NCBI GenBank assembly: GCA_964461815.1
Contig: CAYWVF010000009.1
Span: forward strand, 17,522 to 81,521
Length of the DNA stretch: 64,000 nt
Direction of reading: 5' to 3'
Origin: an uncultured Oscillospiraceae bacterium
Lineage (GTDB): Bacteria; Bacillota; Clostridia; Oscillospirales; QAMX01
Numbering within the stretch: the stretch's first letter is position 1; the number at the start of each line of letters is the position of its first letter. Position numbers and translations under genes: made by a program. The notes under the pieces are model-generated. The model was given only the letters and a program-made list of their open reading frames with translations, was not told where the DNA came from and ran no database searches. Shown here in pieces: positions 53,043 through 62,926 of this stretch.

Positions 53043-54698
53043 ATGAACTCATCAAAATATACACGTCAGTTTTTCCCTGTAAAGTCTCCTGTCAGGAAGT
53101 GGGCGGAGAAGCCGTATATAGATAAAGCTCCGATATGGTGCTCGGTAGATCTGCGTGACGGAAACCAGTCGCTTATCGCACCGATGAGCATCGAGGAGAA
53201 GCTCGACTTCTTTAAGCTGCTCACCGACATAGGCTTTAAGGAGATAGAGGTGGGCTTCCCTGCCGCCTCCGATACGGAATACGCATTCCTGAGAAGGCTC
53301 ATCGAGGACGAGCTTATCCCCGACGACGTTACGATACAGGTGCTGACTCAGAGCCGTGAGCATATAATAAGAAAGACCTTCGATGCACTGCGCAGCTGCA
53401 AAAAGGCTATAGTCCATCTGTACAACTCCACGTCGGAGGCGCAGCGCAGACAGGTATTCCGCAGGACTAAGGCTGAGATAAAGCAGCTTGCGATAGACGG
53501 AGCGGAGCTTTTTGTGAAGCTCTCGGAGGAAAGCGGAGTAAGCTACAGCTATGAATATTCACCGGAGTCGTTTACAGGCACTGAACCTGAGTTCGCACTG
53601 GAGGTATGCAATGCGGTGCTCGATGTATGGAAGCCTACCGCCGACCGCAAGGCGATAATAAACCTGCCTGCGACGGTCGAGCTGTCATCCTCTCACGTGT
53701 ACGCCGATCAGGTGGAGTTCATGAGCGATAATTTGAAGTATAGGGACTGTATAGAGCTGTCGCTCCATCCGCATAATGACAGAGGCTGTGCGGTGGCTGA
53801 CTGTGAGCTCGGCATACTCGCAGGAGCGGACAGAGTAGAGGGTACGCTGTTCGGAAACGGTGAGCGCACGGGAAATGTCGATATAGTAACGCTTGCAATG
53901 AACATGTTTTCTCAGGGCGTAGACCCCGGACTGGATTTTTCCGATATGCCTAAGGCATCGGAGCTGTACGAGAGCGTGACGGGGATGCATGTCTACGACC
54001 GTCAGCCGTATTCGGGCAAGCTAGTATTCGCAGCCTTCTCCGGCTCGCATCAGGATGCTATCGCGAAGAGCATGAGATACCGTGAGGAGACGAGAAGCGA
54101 TATCTGGACAGTGCCGTACCTGCCGATAGACCCAGGTGATATAGGCAGAGAGTACGAGACGGACGTTATCCGCATCAATTCTCAGTCCGGCAAGGGCGGT
54201 ATCGGCTATATCCTCGAGCACAGCTTCGGCTACGATCTGCCGACTAAAATGCGTGAGGATGTTGGTTACACCATCAAGAGCGTATCCGAGCAGACTCATA
54301 CGGAGCTTTCACCCGAGCAGGTGCTCAAGGCATTCACCGAAGCATATGTCAATATCAATGACCACTATAAGCTGCTGGATTACCACTTCGAGCGCAGCAG
54401 CAAGGTATACGTAGGAATGACGGTCGAAATAAACGGTGAGATAAAGGAGCTTAAGTCGTGCGGCAACGGTCGCATAGACGCAGTAAGCAATGCAATGAAG
54501 ACACTGCCGGAGATAAGCTACTCCGAGCTGACCTACGAGGAGCACGCTCTGACAAAGGGCTCATCCTCACAGGCTATCACCTACATGAGCATCACGCTCC
54601 CCGACGGACGTAAGGTCTGGGGTGCAGGCATCCACGACGATATCATCGCATCCTCGGTAAACGCACTGTTCTCCGCAATAAACCGCAGTATAAGATAG
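53043..54698 (+). CDS. leuA: 2-isopropylmalate synthase, long (LeuA type 2) form
   Basis: PIWCSVDLRDGNQSL, HPHNDRG and a LeuA allosteric C-terminal domain. The start at 53043 has a GGAGG RBS. Confidence 0.9.
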   Translation: MNSSKYTRQFFPVKSPVRKWAEKPYIDKAPIWCSVDLRDGNQSLIAPMSIEEKLDFFKLLTDIGFKEIEVGFPAASDTEYAFLRRLIEDELIPDDVTIQVLTQSREHIIRKTFDALRSCKKAIVHLYNSTSEAQRRQVFRRTKAEIKQLAIDGAELFVKLSEESGVSYSYEYSPESFTGTEPEFALEVCNAVLDVWKPTADRKAIINLPATVELSSSHVYADQVEFMSDNLKYRDCIELSLHPHNDRGCAVADCELGILAGADRVEGTLFGNGERTGNVDIVTLAMNMFSQGVDPGLDFSDMPKASELYESVTGMHVYDRQPYSGKLVFAAFSGSHQDAIAKSMRYREETRSDIWTVPYLPIDPGDIGREYETDVIRINSQSGKGGIGYILEHSFGYDLPTKMREDVGYTIKSVSEQTHTELSPEQVLKAFTEAYVNINDHYKLLDYHFERSSKVYVGMTVEINGEIKELKSCGNGRIDAVSNAMKTLPEISYSELTYEEHALTKGSSSQAITYMSITLPDGRKVWGAGIHDDIIASSVNALFSAINRSIR

Positions 54699-54700
54699 AA

Positions 54701-54740
54701 AAAAGGCATGATTTGTGGATCAAATCATGCCTTTGTTATT
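54701..54740 (+). terminator. Intrinsic terminator after leuA
   Basis: AGGCATGATTT...AAATCATGCCT followed by TTGTTATT. Confidence 0.7.
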
Positions 54741-54795
54741 GAAGATGCGTTTAATAGAATAAGGTGTCGAAATGCTGTGTCGGATAATAAACCGA

Positions 54796-55443
54796 TTACA
54801 GCTTCTTTAATTTTGATGTATTGGCAATGACGATCAGAGAAGTATTTTCATCCAACACCTGTTCGGGATTGACATTGACATTTATCCTTGAGTCCTTTTT
54901 TATGGCAACGATATTGAAGCCGTATTTCTTGCGTAAATTCAGCTCGATCAGATTTTTACCGAGCCATTCATTTTTTACATCGACCTCGACCATTGATACA
55001 TCCTTGGATAAGGAGATCATGTCAATAAAGCCCGAGCTTAACAGATTCTTGGCAAGGCGAATACCGGATTCGTTTTCCGGAAATACGACCTGATCGGCAC
55101 CTACACGAAGCAGGATCTTTTGATGCATTGCACTGCCGCATTTTGCGATCACCGTATTGACTCCGACCTCCTTGCAAAGTGTTACTGCCATGACGCTGGC
55201 TTCCAAATTGCTTGCCATACACACGATGACCGTATCGATATTGCCTATACCAAGGCGTGAGATCACCTCGGCATCCGTGACATCTGCACATTTGCATACG
55301 GGTAAATATGCTGCCGCATCGTTTACGAGCCTTTGATCGATATCGACTGCAATGACCTCCATACCGTTTTCCACAAGCTCTTTCGCCACTGCTGTACCAT
55401 ATCTTCCGAGTCCGAAGACTGCATAATTTTTTTTCTTTTGCAT
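54796..55443 (-). CDS. trkA: Trk/Ktr-type K+ uptake system, NAD-binding RCK subunit
   Basis: 215 aa with a GLGRYG Rossmann motif and an RCK_C domain. Confidence 0.85.
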   Translation of the reverse strand: MQKKKNYAVFGLGRYGTAVAKELVENGMEVIAVDIDQRLVNDAAAYLPVCKCADVTDAEVISRLGIGNIDTVIVCMASNLEASVMAVTLCKEVGVNTVIAKCGSAMHQKILLRVGADQVVFPENESGIRLAKNLLSSGFIDMISLSKDVSMVEVDVKNEWLGKNLIELNLRKKYGFNIVAIKKDSRINVNVNPEQVLDENTSLIVIANTSKLKKL

Positions 55444-55456
55444 AGTGATATCTCCC

Positions 55457-56812
55457 TTAGCCTACGATGATATCTTCCGTCGGCTCCGATATGACATTTT
55501 GACTTTCGTTTTTACTTCCGAGTGCAAATGCCAGTGATATCGGCCCGACTCTGCCGAAATACATCGTAATAATGATAATGAGCTTCCCAAAGGTATTTAA
55601 GCTCGCCGTGAAGCTTCGAGATAATCCGACCGTTGCCGTCGCACTTACAGTCTCATAAACTATATCAAGTGCGGAAGCCTCGTTTGTTGCCATCAGCAGG
55701 ACTGTCGAAGCGGCACAGATAGTCAGAAATGCTATCGCCACAGCTACAGCCTTTTTCAGCGAGGCTTCGGATATACAGCGGCCGAATAAAGTGACGGAGC
55801 TTTTGTTTCTGATCGTCGCAAACGCCGAGCAAAACAGAGTAGCGACAGTGACTGTCTTTATACCGCCCGCAGTACCGACCGGAGAGCCGCCTATCAGCAT
55901 CAGCATCAAAGAAACAGCGGATGAAGCGTTTGTCAGATACTCCTGCGGTACCGAAGCAAAGCCGGCAGTTCTCGTTGTTACCGACTGGAATAGTGATATT
56001 TGAAGCTTATCAAATAAAGACATATCGCCGATGGTAAGAGGATTGGAGTACTCAAAGATAAATATCAGGAGCGCACCTGCGAGAATAAGTCCCAATGTAA
56101 CGACAATGGCGATCTTGCTGTGCAGAGTCAAATGCCTGAACAGCTTTCTGTTCTGCGGAGTCCTGCTTTTAATTACACGCAGAACATCCCACCATACGAT
56201 ATAGCCCAGACCGCCGAGGATTATAAGCAAGGAGGTCACGAGGTTGACGAGCGGCTGCGCAGCGTAGTCACAGAGACTGTTTTCTCCGATGATATCGATA
56301 CCTGCATTGCAAAAGGCTGAGATCGAGTTGAATATAGATATCCATATGCCTCTTTTGCCGAATTTCGGAACAAATACAAGCATATAAAGAACAGCACCTG
56401 TCGCTTCGACGGTAAATGTGCCGAGAAGTACGTCTTTAACGAATTTCATAAGCCCGGACATTGAGTTTAAATTAAAAGCATCTTGAATGAGCAGTCTGCC
56501 GCCAAGCCCCATTTGCTTATTCAGAAGGAGCATAAAGCCCGACATGATCGTGATAACACCGAGACCGCCTATCTGTATCAGCAGAAGAATAACTACCTGC
56601 CCGAACACGCTCCAGGTCGAGGCGGTCGGCAATGTTACAAGTCCCGTAACACAGGTCGAGGTAGTCGCAGTGAACAGCGCATCGAGGTACGGTACGGCGT
56701 TGCCGCTTGCGGAGCTGACGGGTAACGCCAAAAGAAAGCTTCCGAGCATTATGGTTACGAGAAAGCTCAAAAGTATAGTCTGAGTTGTTGATAAATGGAT
56801 CCTTTTCATCAT
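55457..56812 (-). CDS. trkH: TrkH/KtrB-family K+ transporter membrane subunit
   Basis: Multi-pass membrane protein with repeated pore-loop-like TTRTAGF/ATATVGLS segments. I prefer an ATG start at 56812/56809 over the TTG at 56839. Confidence 0.85.
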   Translation of the reverse strand: MMKRIHLSTTQTILLSFLVTIMLGSFLLALPVSSASGNAVPYLDALFTATTSTCVTGLVTLPTASTWSVFGQVVILLLIQIGGLGVITIMSGFMLLLNKQMGLGGRLLIQDAFNLNSMSGLMKFVKDVLLGTFTVEATGAVLYMLVFVPKFGKRGIWISIFNSISAFCNAGIDIIGENSLCDYAAQPLVNLVTSLLIILGGLGYIVWWDVLRVIKSRTPQNRKLFRHLTLHSKIAIVVTLGLILAGALLIFIFEYSNPLTIGDMSLFDKLQISLFQSVTTRTAGFASVPQEYLTNASSAVSLMLMLIGGSPVGTAGGIKTVTVATLFCSAFATIRNKSSVTLFGRCISEASLKKAVAVAIAFLTICAASTVLLMATNEASALDIVYETVSATATVGLSRSFTASLNTFGKLIIIITMYFGRVGPISLAFALGSKNESQNVISEPTEDIIVG

Positions 56813-56836
56813 TTTTACCGCAGCATACAAATACCG

Positions 56837-56880
56837 CAAGGCAGTAATTTGTTTAAATCACTGCCTTGCCTTTTTGTTTT
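56837..56880. terminator. Hairpin between the GH20-like gene and trkH; canonical terminator only in plus-strand sense
   Basis: CAAGGCAGT (56837-56845) pairs with ACTGCCTTG (56860-56868), followed by CCTTTTTGTTTT on the plus strand. On the minus strand the trailing tract is weak (CGGTATTTG). Confidence 0.4.
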
Positions 56881-58744
56881 ATATCTTTCCGATAGGTGTA
56901 GCCATAGAGGAGTATACCTCAAAGCCGCTCAGACCCTTGGGCAGACGTTCCTCGTCAAGCTCCTCAAGCGTCTCAAGCTCACCGTTCAGGTAACGGTCGA
57001 GCAGCAGCTTTGCCGTATCGCAGCGTGAAGCCATGCCGCCGTAGCGAATGTCGAGGTTAGACCAGCCGATGACCTTGTACTTGTCAAACCACATAGCCTT
57101 ATTAGCCTCATGAACTGCGATGGTTTTAGCCTTAAGTGACGGGAGCAGCTCATTTGCTATCCTTGCGAGCATCTCCTTGTCACCGCTCTTGTAGGACGGT
57201 ACGAGATTTTCCGCAATATATGTCTTTGCTGCGAGGTAGTCGAATACCTTGTATGCGAAATCGTAGAGATAATTCCAGCGGTCGGCAGCGTGAGTCTTCA
57301 TCTGCTCTGCGGCAGCGGCATAGTGACCGCTCATCTGCTTCTTAAAGAGGTGAGTATCGTAAAGACCCTCCATGATATCCTGCCAGAACAGAGGCTTACC
57401 GAGGAATCTCGTGCTGTAGTGCGAGGAGTAGTCGTCGTCTTCGTTAAATGAATTGTGATACAGACTCATTTCATAGAATGCATCGTAGTTACCGCCCGTG
57501 CAAGCCTCGAATCTTTCACGCAGCTTATCATCACCTACGCTGTTGTCATAGCACATCTCGGCGAAGAAGGACATACCGAAGAGATTTGCAAACAGGTCGC
57601 ACTCGGCATTGTCATTTGTCCAGATCGTTATCATAGCCTCATGTACATCGTTGTTGCGGCAGGCATTGAGCGAGAAGCGGCATGCATCCATAGCGTAGTG
57701 GTGCTCGGGGAAGTGACCTATCCAGCCCCAGAGACCGCCGGCATAGATTATCTTTCTGCCGAGTGCATTGTGCTTTTTGAGCATGTAATCATCACAGTAG
57801 GGCTTCTCACCGTAGTGCCAGAAGATCAGCTCGACCTCCTTCGGGATAACGTCGATCGTCTCCTGAGGTATCTGGATCTCTTCCTCGTAGTAGCCGTTGT
57901 TCGTAGTATTTACTCTGAAGTACATATCGCTCCACATCATCGGGATCATATTGTACTTGTTCGTGATCTGTATAAGTCTCTCCATATACTCATTGAATAT
58001 ACGGAACGGAGGTACATAGCCATGCTTTGTAAGGAAGTTGCCTCTGCCCATGTCCCATGCCTCATCCATACCGATGTGGACTCTTCTGGAGCGGAAGCAT
58101 CTTGATACCTTGGCGAGTATTTCCTCGACAAATTCAAAGGTCTTTTCCTCTCTTGCAAGCAGTACGCCGGCAGTATCCTTTATCTCCGCAGCTTCACCCC
58201 ATCTGAGGTACGCACCCATGTGACCGTAAAGCTCGAGACATGCAATGACCTCGATGCCGTAATCGTAGGCGTAGTCGTCTATAGACTTCAGCTCGGATTC
58301 TGTGTAGCGGCCGCGCATGTAGCCGAAGTACGGACGTCCCTCAAGCTCTATCGTGTCCTCGGTATAGAGCATAGCCATGCTGTAGCCCATGACTGCCATA
58401 TAGTCGATGAGCTTCTTGACTGTAGCTACCGTCGGAACGGCACAGCGTGAGGAGTCGATCATAGCGGAAATGCAGGAGTAGAAGTTGTCCTCGGTGATAA
58501 AGAACTCATCGCTCTGCTTCGCATGCTCGATAAGCAGTCCAAGCTCACGGTAAAATTCATTCTTTTTTGTATAGTATATGACCGCACTGTTGTTCTTGAG
58601 CGATACTCCGAGCTTATCTCCGAGCACAGCCGTTACCGTGATGCAGGCACTGTCTGCGATCTCAAAGTCGAGTATGCTCAAAAGACGCTCTGCACCTGTG
58701 AGCAGCGAGGAGTCAACGTTAAAGGAAAGCTTGATCTTAGACAT
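56879..58744 (-). CDS. GH20-like glycoside hydrolase family protein (paralogue of 35637-37409)
   Basis: IDSSRCAVP and VHIGMDEAWDMGRG parallel the other GH20-like gene. There is no signal peptide. I prefer the start at 58744 (MSKIKLSF). Confidence 0.55.
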   Translation of the reverse strand: MSKIKLSFNVDSSLLTGAERLLSILDFEIADSACITVTAVLGDKLGVSLKNNSAVIYYTKKNEFYRELGLLIEHAKQSDEFFITEDNFYSCISAMIDSSRCAVPTVATVKKLIDYMAVMGYSMAMLYTEDTIELEGRPYFGYMRGRYTESELKSIDDYAYDYGIEVIACLELYGHMGAYLRWGEAAEIKDTAGVLLAREEKTFEFVEEILAKVSRCFRSRRVHIGMDEAWDMGRGNFLTKHGYVPPFRIFNEYMERLIQITNKYNMIPMMWSDMYFRVNTTNNGYYEEEIQIPQETIDVIPKEVELIFWHYGEKPYCDDYMLKKHNALGRKIIYAGGLWGWIGHFPEHHYAMDACRFSLNACRNNDVHEAMITIWTNDNAECDLFANLFGMSFFAEMCYDNSVGDDKLRERFEACTGGNYDAFYEMSLYHNSFNEDDDYSSHYSTRFLGKPLFWQDIMEGLYDTHLFKKQMSGHYAAAAEQMKTHAADRWNYLYDFAYKVFDYLAAKTYIAENLVPSYKSGDKEMLARIANELLPSLKAKTIAVHEANKAMWFDKYKVIGWSNLDIRYGGMASRCDTAKLLLDRYLNGELETLEELDEERLPKGLSGFEVYSSMATPIGKI

Positions 58745-58889
58745 GGTAATAGTCCTTTCTTTCGGTATTTTCACCTGTTATCATACCATATCGGAGCAAA
58801 AATTTCAACATCTTTTGAGATGAATGCAAAAAAAACGGAGCATCTGTGAAAAAAATGCAAATAGGTGCTATTATATTGCATCGAAAATA

Positions 58890-58918
58890 TTGATTTTTGA
58901 ATACGATTGTGGTATAAT
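58890..58918 (+). promoter_or_regulatory. Promoter of the diguanylate cyclase gene
   Basis: TTGATT (58890-58895), 17-nt spacer, TGgTATAAT (TATAAT at 58913-58918). Confidence 0.55.
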
Positions 58919-58979
58919 TTAATACAGAAATTTCAAGGGCGAGCCTACAGCAACGACCTGCCTATGCGGAGAGATTTGA

Positions 58980-60395
58980 ATGAGAAAATATATCAAGCAT
59001 TTCGTAGCGCTTCTGTGCATCTCCTTTGCCACGGTAGTGGTATTCCAGTTTTTTTACGTCAATATGATGAACAGCGAAAAGCAGCGCTGCTGGGATAACC
59101 TCAGAACAGAGGTGCATGACCTGAATCGTGACATATACGTAAAATTCAATGACGAGATATCAAAGCTGCACCTTATCAAGACACTTATGGTAAACAGTGA
59201 CATGACCTCCTCGGAGGCAGTATCGTATCTTCATATCGAGGATGTAAAGGCAGAGACGATATTTTCAAGGATAGATATCCTCTACCCCGACAACACTCTC
59301 CTGGTGAACGGCGAGCTGATCAAAACGCAAAAGGAGATAGATTTTGAAAGGATAACGGAAAAGGGCGAATATCTCACAGACAGAAAGACAGACTTTATCG
59401 ACGGCTCACCGTGTGTCTACTATGTGCTACCGATATACGAGGGGGATGAGGTAGCCTCTGTTTTGATCGGAGTTATCGACTGCGACAATCTTTACGGACT
59501 GTTCAACCCGGAATTATACAACGGTAAGGCGAATATCTGCATCATAGATGCCGGGGACGGCAACTATATTATGGATAACTGGCATGATGAGCTGGGAAAT
59601 GCATATGAACTGGGAAGTCGAGAGCTTCTGCCGGAGTATAAGGATGTAGATTTCCAAAACGAAATAAGAAGCCTCGAATCGGGAGCGATAGCGTTCGTTT
59701 CACGCACTACGGGAAATAATCTCTACATGTATTACGCTCCGCTGCACATATTCGGCTGGGAAATAGCTGTTTTTGCGGAGGAGGGCGTCATATTCTCAAA
59801 CCTCATAGAGCTTAGAAAGGACTTGATCATCACAGGTATCGCAGTACTGGTCCTGCTCCTGCTCTACTGCCTGTGGAACTTGTACATGATAAGGCAGATG
59901 TACTTTATCAATCGAGAGATCGAGAGCAAGCAGAAGAGACTTGAGTATTTGAGCTACCATGATACCTTCACTAACCTCTACAACAGACATAAATACTTTG
60001 AGATGCTGTCGTTCTATATCCACAACAAGCCCGAGAATATCGGAGTTGTGTATCTTGACCTGAACGGACTAAAGCAGATAAACGACTTGCAGTCACATGA
60101 GGCAGGAGACATATATATCTACAACGCAGCGGAGATCATGATAGGAGTGTTCGGAGAGAGCTGCTATCGCATAGGCGGAGACGAGTTCCTTGTTATGGTC
60201 ACCGATATCGATAAGGCTGAGTTTGAGGAAAAGATCGCAAGACTCGACAAAACAGCGGTCGAGCAGGGTATCAGCTTCTCGATCGGCTGTCTGTGGCAGG
60301 AAAAATGCGAGAACGTGAGCAAAATGATAAGCATCGCCGAAAAGAAGATGTACGATAAAAAGAAAGAGTATCATAAGACAAAGGCTAAAGCATAA
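58980..60395 (+). CDS. Membrane-anchored sensor diguanylate cyclase (Cache-like + GGDEF)
   Basis: N-terminal TM, an extracytoplasmic Cache-like region, a second TM, and a GGDEF domain with an intact RIGGDEF. Confidence 0.85.
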   Translation: MRKYIKHFVALLCISFATVVVFQFFYVNMMNSEKQRCWDNLRTEVHDLNRDIYVKFNDEISKLHLIKTLMVNSDMTSSEAVSYLHIEDVKAETIFSRIDILYPDNTLLVNGELIKTQKEIDFERITEKGEYLTDRKTDFIDGSPCVYYVLPIYEGDEVASVLIGVIDCDNLYGLFNPELYNGKANICIIDAGDGNYIMDNWHDELGNAYELGSRELLPEYKDVDFQNEIRSLESGAIAFVSRTTGNNLYMYYAPLHIFGWEIAVFAEEGVIFSNLIELRKDLIITGIAVLVLLLLYCLWNLYMIRQMYFINREIESKQKRLEYLSYHDTFTNLYNRHKYFEMLSFYIHNKPENIGVVYLDLNGLKQINDLQSHEAGDIYIYNAAEIMIGVFGESCYRIGGDEFLVMVTDIDKAEFEEKIARLDKTAVEQGISFSIGCLWQEKCENVSKMISIAEKKMYDKKKEYHKTKAKA

Positions 60396-60406
60396 TGCTG
60401 CATAAT

Positions 60407-60440
60407 AAAACGTCCGGTACGTTACTGTACCGGACGTTTT
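60407..60440. terminator. Bidirectional terminator between the GGDEF and EAL genes
   Basis: AAAACGTCCGGTAC-GTTACT-GTACCGGACGTTTT, a perfect 14-bp stem that includes the A/T runs. Confidence 0.8.
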
Positions 60441-60441
60441 A

Positions 60442-62373
60442 TTATAGCTTTGCCTGATTTATTTTAGCTTCATTTGAAAGGAAGAATCTTTCACATTCGG
60501 TGAGCGGGAGCACACGTGAATGATAGAAGCCCTGTACCATATCGCAGCTGAGTCCCTTTAGCATTTCGAGCTGCTCCGATGTCTCGATGCCCTCACATAT
60601 CACCTGCGCTCCGGCATTGTGAACGAGTGAGATTATGTCACTGAGCATCTGTCTGCGGCGCTCGTTCACGCAGGATACCACGAAGTTCCTCTCGATCTTA
60701 ACTATGTCGATCTCGTTATCATAGATGTCGGCAAAGGAGGAGAAGCCGGTACCCATATCATCTATTGCGACCTTGAAGCCGAGGTCGGTCAGTCTTGCTA
60801 TATTTTCCGAAACAGTCTCGGAATTTACGCTCAGACTGTCCTCTGTGATTTCTATCACGAGTCGGCTTCGCAGGAAGCTGTACCTTGAGGCGATGGAGTC
60901 GAGTCTGTCGGAGAAGTCGGACTTGGAGACGGAGAGCCTTGTGAAGTTACACGTCAGGAACAGATCACCGAACGGAGGCTCGCTCCAAAGCTCGAGCTGA
61001 CGGCAGACGTTTTCGAACACGAAATAGTCATGCTCCACTATCTTACCTGTTTTGCCTAAAATAGCGATGTACTCATACGGACGAAGCAAGCCGTATTCGC
61101 TGTTCTGCCAGCGTGAAAGCACCTCGGCACCGCAGAATCGACCTGTTTTACCGTCCGCAATGAACTGCATGTAGGTCTTGAACTCACCGTTTTTCAGTGC
61201 GCTGTCGATCTGCAACGACAGTGCCGCCGATTTTTTATTCTCATCCGCAAGTGCCTTTGAGCCGATATGGTACGCCATGCTGTTTGACTGAGCGTACAGG
61301 TAGCCCTGCTTTGCATTGAACAGCGCAGACTCGGCATTTGTACCCATGTGCTCGTAGAATCGACAGTAGCCTGCCTTGAACAGACTGTTACAGCTCGGTA
61401 CAAACTCTGCAATGTACTTGTTTATGCCGATAAGTATGTCTGCCACTCTCTTTTCAGCCGAATACTCATTGTCAGCCTGAAACAAAAATACGAATGCACC
61501 GTCGTCCACACGCGAGATATACTCGGCAGCTGAGGCGTAGTGGTTCAGCCTGCTTGCGGCATACCTCTCGATATCACCTACCGATACACTGCTGCCGTTT
61601 TCCTCGAAGGACCTCGTATCGAATGCGAAGTAAGCCAGGTTGTAGAGGTTCTTCGACTGCTCACTTATGAGATTGTCAAATACATAGGTGTAATATACCG
61701 CATTTCCGATACCTGTATTCCTGTCGATCATGCGGTCGAGCTTAGCTGCCAATCGCTTTCTGCGAACGACTGCTATGATAACGACTACGGCGGCAAGCGA
61801 GACAACTACGATCGCAGCTGTTACGGTAAATGCAAATTTTTTCTGTGCTGCAAGCAGATCGGCTTTGGCATGTTCTACGAGAAATGCTGCTCTCTGCGAC
61901 TCGGGTATACCGTTTAGTGCAGCGATTATCGCACTCTTCGACTCGTCCGATATCACCTCGGTAAAGCCGATACAGTAGCTCACGGCAGTGTCACCCGACT
62001 GCACCGTCAGCACGGCGAGCTTTTCCATATCCTTAAAGTCAGCATCGTCCGACATTATCGCAGTCACAAGCTCGACCTGACCGTTATCGTAAAGGCTTTT
62101 CTGCATGTCCTTACCTGCCGAGATGTAGGTAAAGTCTATGCCTGTCTGCTCTGAAACGATACTCAGCATATCGGGAATGAGTCCCTTATACGTATCTGAA
62201 TCGTAGTATTCGATGGGATATAGGTCGGTCACACCTGCGACATATATCGAATCGGCTCTGCCGCCGCCTGTCTTTTCGGTAAACAGCTCTGCGGAGGAGG
62301 TGAGTATGCCGAGCATACAAAGCGAGAGCGTTACAGCGATAATGCAAACTGTTCTTTTTATCATATTCTCCAC
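60442..62373 (-). CDS. Sensor protein: periplasmic solute-binding-like domain + TM + degenerate GGDEF (DDGAF) + EAL phosphodiesterase domain
   Basis: Signal/TM, an SBP-like N-domain and a TM (AAIVVVSLAAVVVIIAVV). SRVDDGAF replaces RxGGDEF. EAL-domain motifs present are EVLSRW, EITE, DDMGTG, EGIE and QGF. Confidence 0.85.
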   Translation of the reverse strand: MENMIKRTVCIIAVTLSLCMLGILTSSAELFTEKTGGGRADSIYVAGVTDLYPIEYYDSDTYKGLIPDMLSIVSEQTGIDFTYISAGKDMQKSLYDNGQVELVTAIMSDDADFKDMEKLAVLTVQSGDTAVSYCIGFTEVISDESKSAIIAALNGIPESQRAAFLVEHAKADLLAAQKKFAFTVTAAIVVVSLAAVVVIIAVVRRKRLAAKLDRMIDRNTGIGNAVYYTYVFDNLISEQSKNLYNLAYFAFDTRSFEENGSSVSVGDIERYAASRLNHYASAAEYISRVDDGAFVFLFQADNEYSAEKRVADILIGINKYIAEFVPSCNSLFKAGYCRFYEHMGTNAESALFNAKQGYLYAQSNSMAYHIGSKALADENKKSAALSLQIDSALKNGEFKTYMQFIADGKTGRFCGAEVLSRWQNSEYGLLRPYEYIAILGKTGKIVEHDYFVFENVCRQLELWSEPPFGDLFLTCNFTRLSVSKSDFSDRLDSIASRYSFLRSRLVIEITEDSLSVNSETVSENIARLTDLGFKVAIDDMGTGFSSFADIYDNEIDIVKIERNFVVSCVNERRRQMLSDIISLVHNAGAQVICEGIETSEQLEMLKGLSCDMVQGFYHSRVLPLTECERFFLSNEAKINQAKL

Positions 62374-62378
62374 CTGCG

Positions 62379-62915
62379 CTACAATGCGGCGATCTTATCC
62401 TCGACTGATTCAAGACTGATGATCGTTTCCGACAGCACGGAATTTATCGCAGCCTTGATCTCGGAGATATCATCGCCGTATTTTTCAAGCCTCTGTCTTT
62501 CTGCCTCATTGAGCTTGCGGTTCTCAAGCCTGAAATCCTCATTTTCCCTTATTGCCTTTTCACGCAGAGCCAGAGCGAACCGTCTCGCCTCTGTCAGTAT
62601 CTCGGAGACCTCGGCCTCGACGAGCTTTCTTGTGTCGGTGCTGTTTTTTAGCTCATCATTTTGCGCCGTGAGCTGTGAGATGAGTGCATCCTTTTCTGCC
62701 AGCTGCTTTTTGAGCGTATCAAGCTCACTCTCAAAGCACATGACCTTATTGTTCAGCTCCTCGTTTTTAGCATTCAAAGCGGTAAGTGAGCTGCTTTTTT
62801 CCTTTTTCGCTTCAGCGACCTTTTCGGCGCATACGCGGTTCAGCTCAGAAATGTACTCGAAAACGCTGCTTTTGTTGAACCCGAAAAAGCCTTTTTTTAT
62901 ATCCTTAAGCTCCAT
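62379..62915 (-). CDS. DivIVA-like coiled-coil protein
   Basis: 178 aa. The N-terminus LKDIKKGFFGFNKSSVFEYISEL resembles the DivIVA N-domain pattern, and the rest is heptad-rich coiled coil. It lies 11 nt after the GT2 gene and 5 nt before the EAL gene. Confidence 0.5.
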   Translation of the reverse strand: MELKDIKKGFFGFNKSSVFEYISELNRVCAEKVAEAKKEKSSSLTALNAKNEELNNKVMCFESELDTLKKQLAEKDALISQLTAQNDELKNSTDTRKLVEAEVSEILTEARRFALALREKAIRENEDFRLENRKLNEAERQRLEKYGDDISEIKAAINSVLSETIISLESVEDKIAAL

Positions 62916-62926
62916 AGTGATCCCCC

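Noticed and set aside
56813-56839. N-terminal extensions offered by the ORF track. Examples: trkH TTG at 56839, dnaJ 6124, thrS 31975, smpB 16676, mscL 19704, leuA 52989, araC-like 51925, trpA 49282
   Set aside because: In each case an internal ATG has a better-spaced Shine-Dalgarno sequence and matches the canonical family N-terminus. Several extensions would overlap terminators, promoters or neighbouring genes.
58919-58979. Possible c-di-GMP riboswitch in the 5' UTR of the GGDEF gene
   Set aside because: The UTR is only about 60 nt long and lacks the conserved GEMM-I/II elements. It is a simple leader with a GGAGAG RBS.
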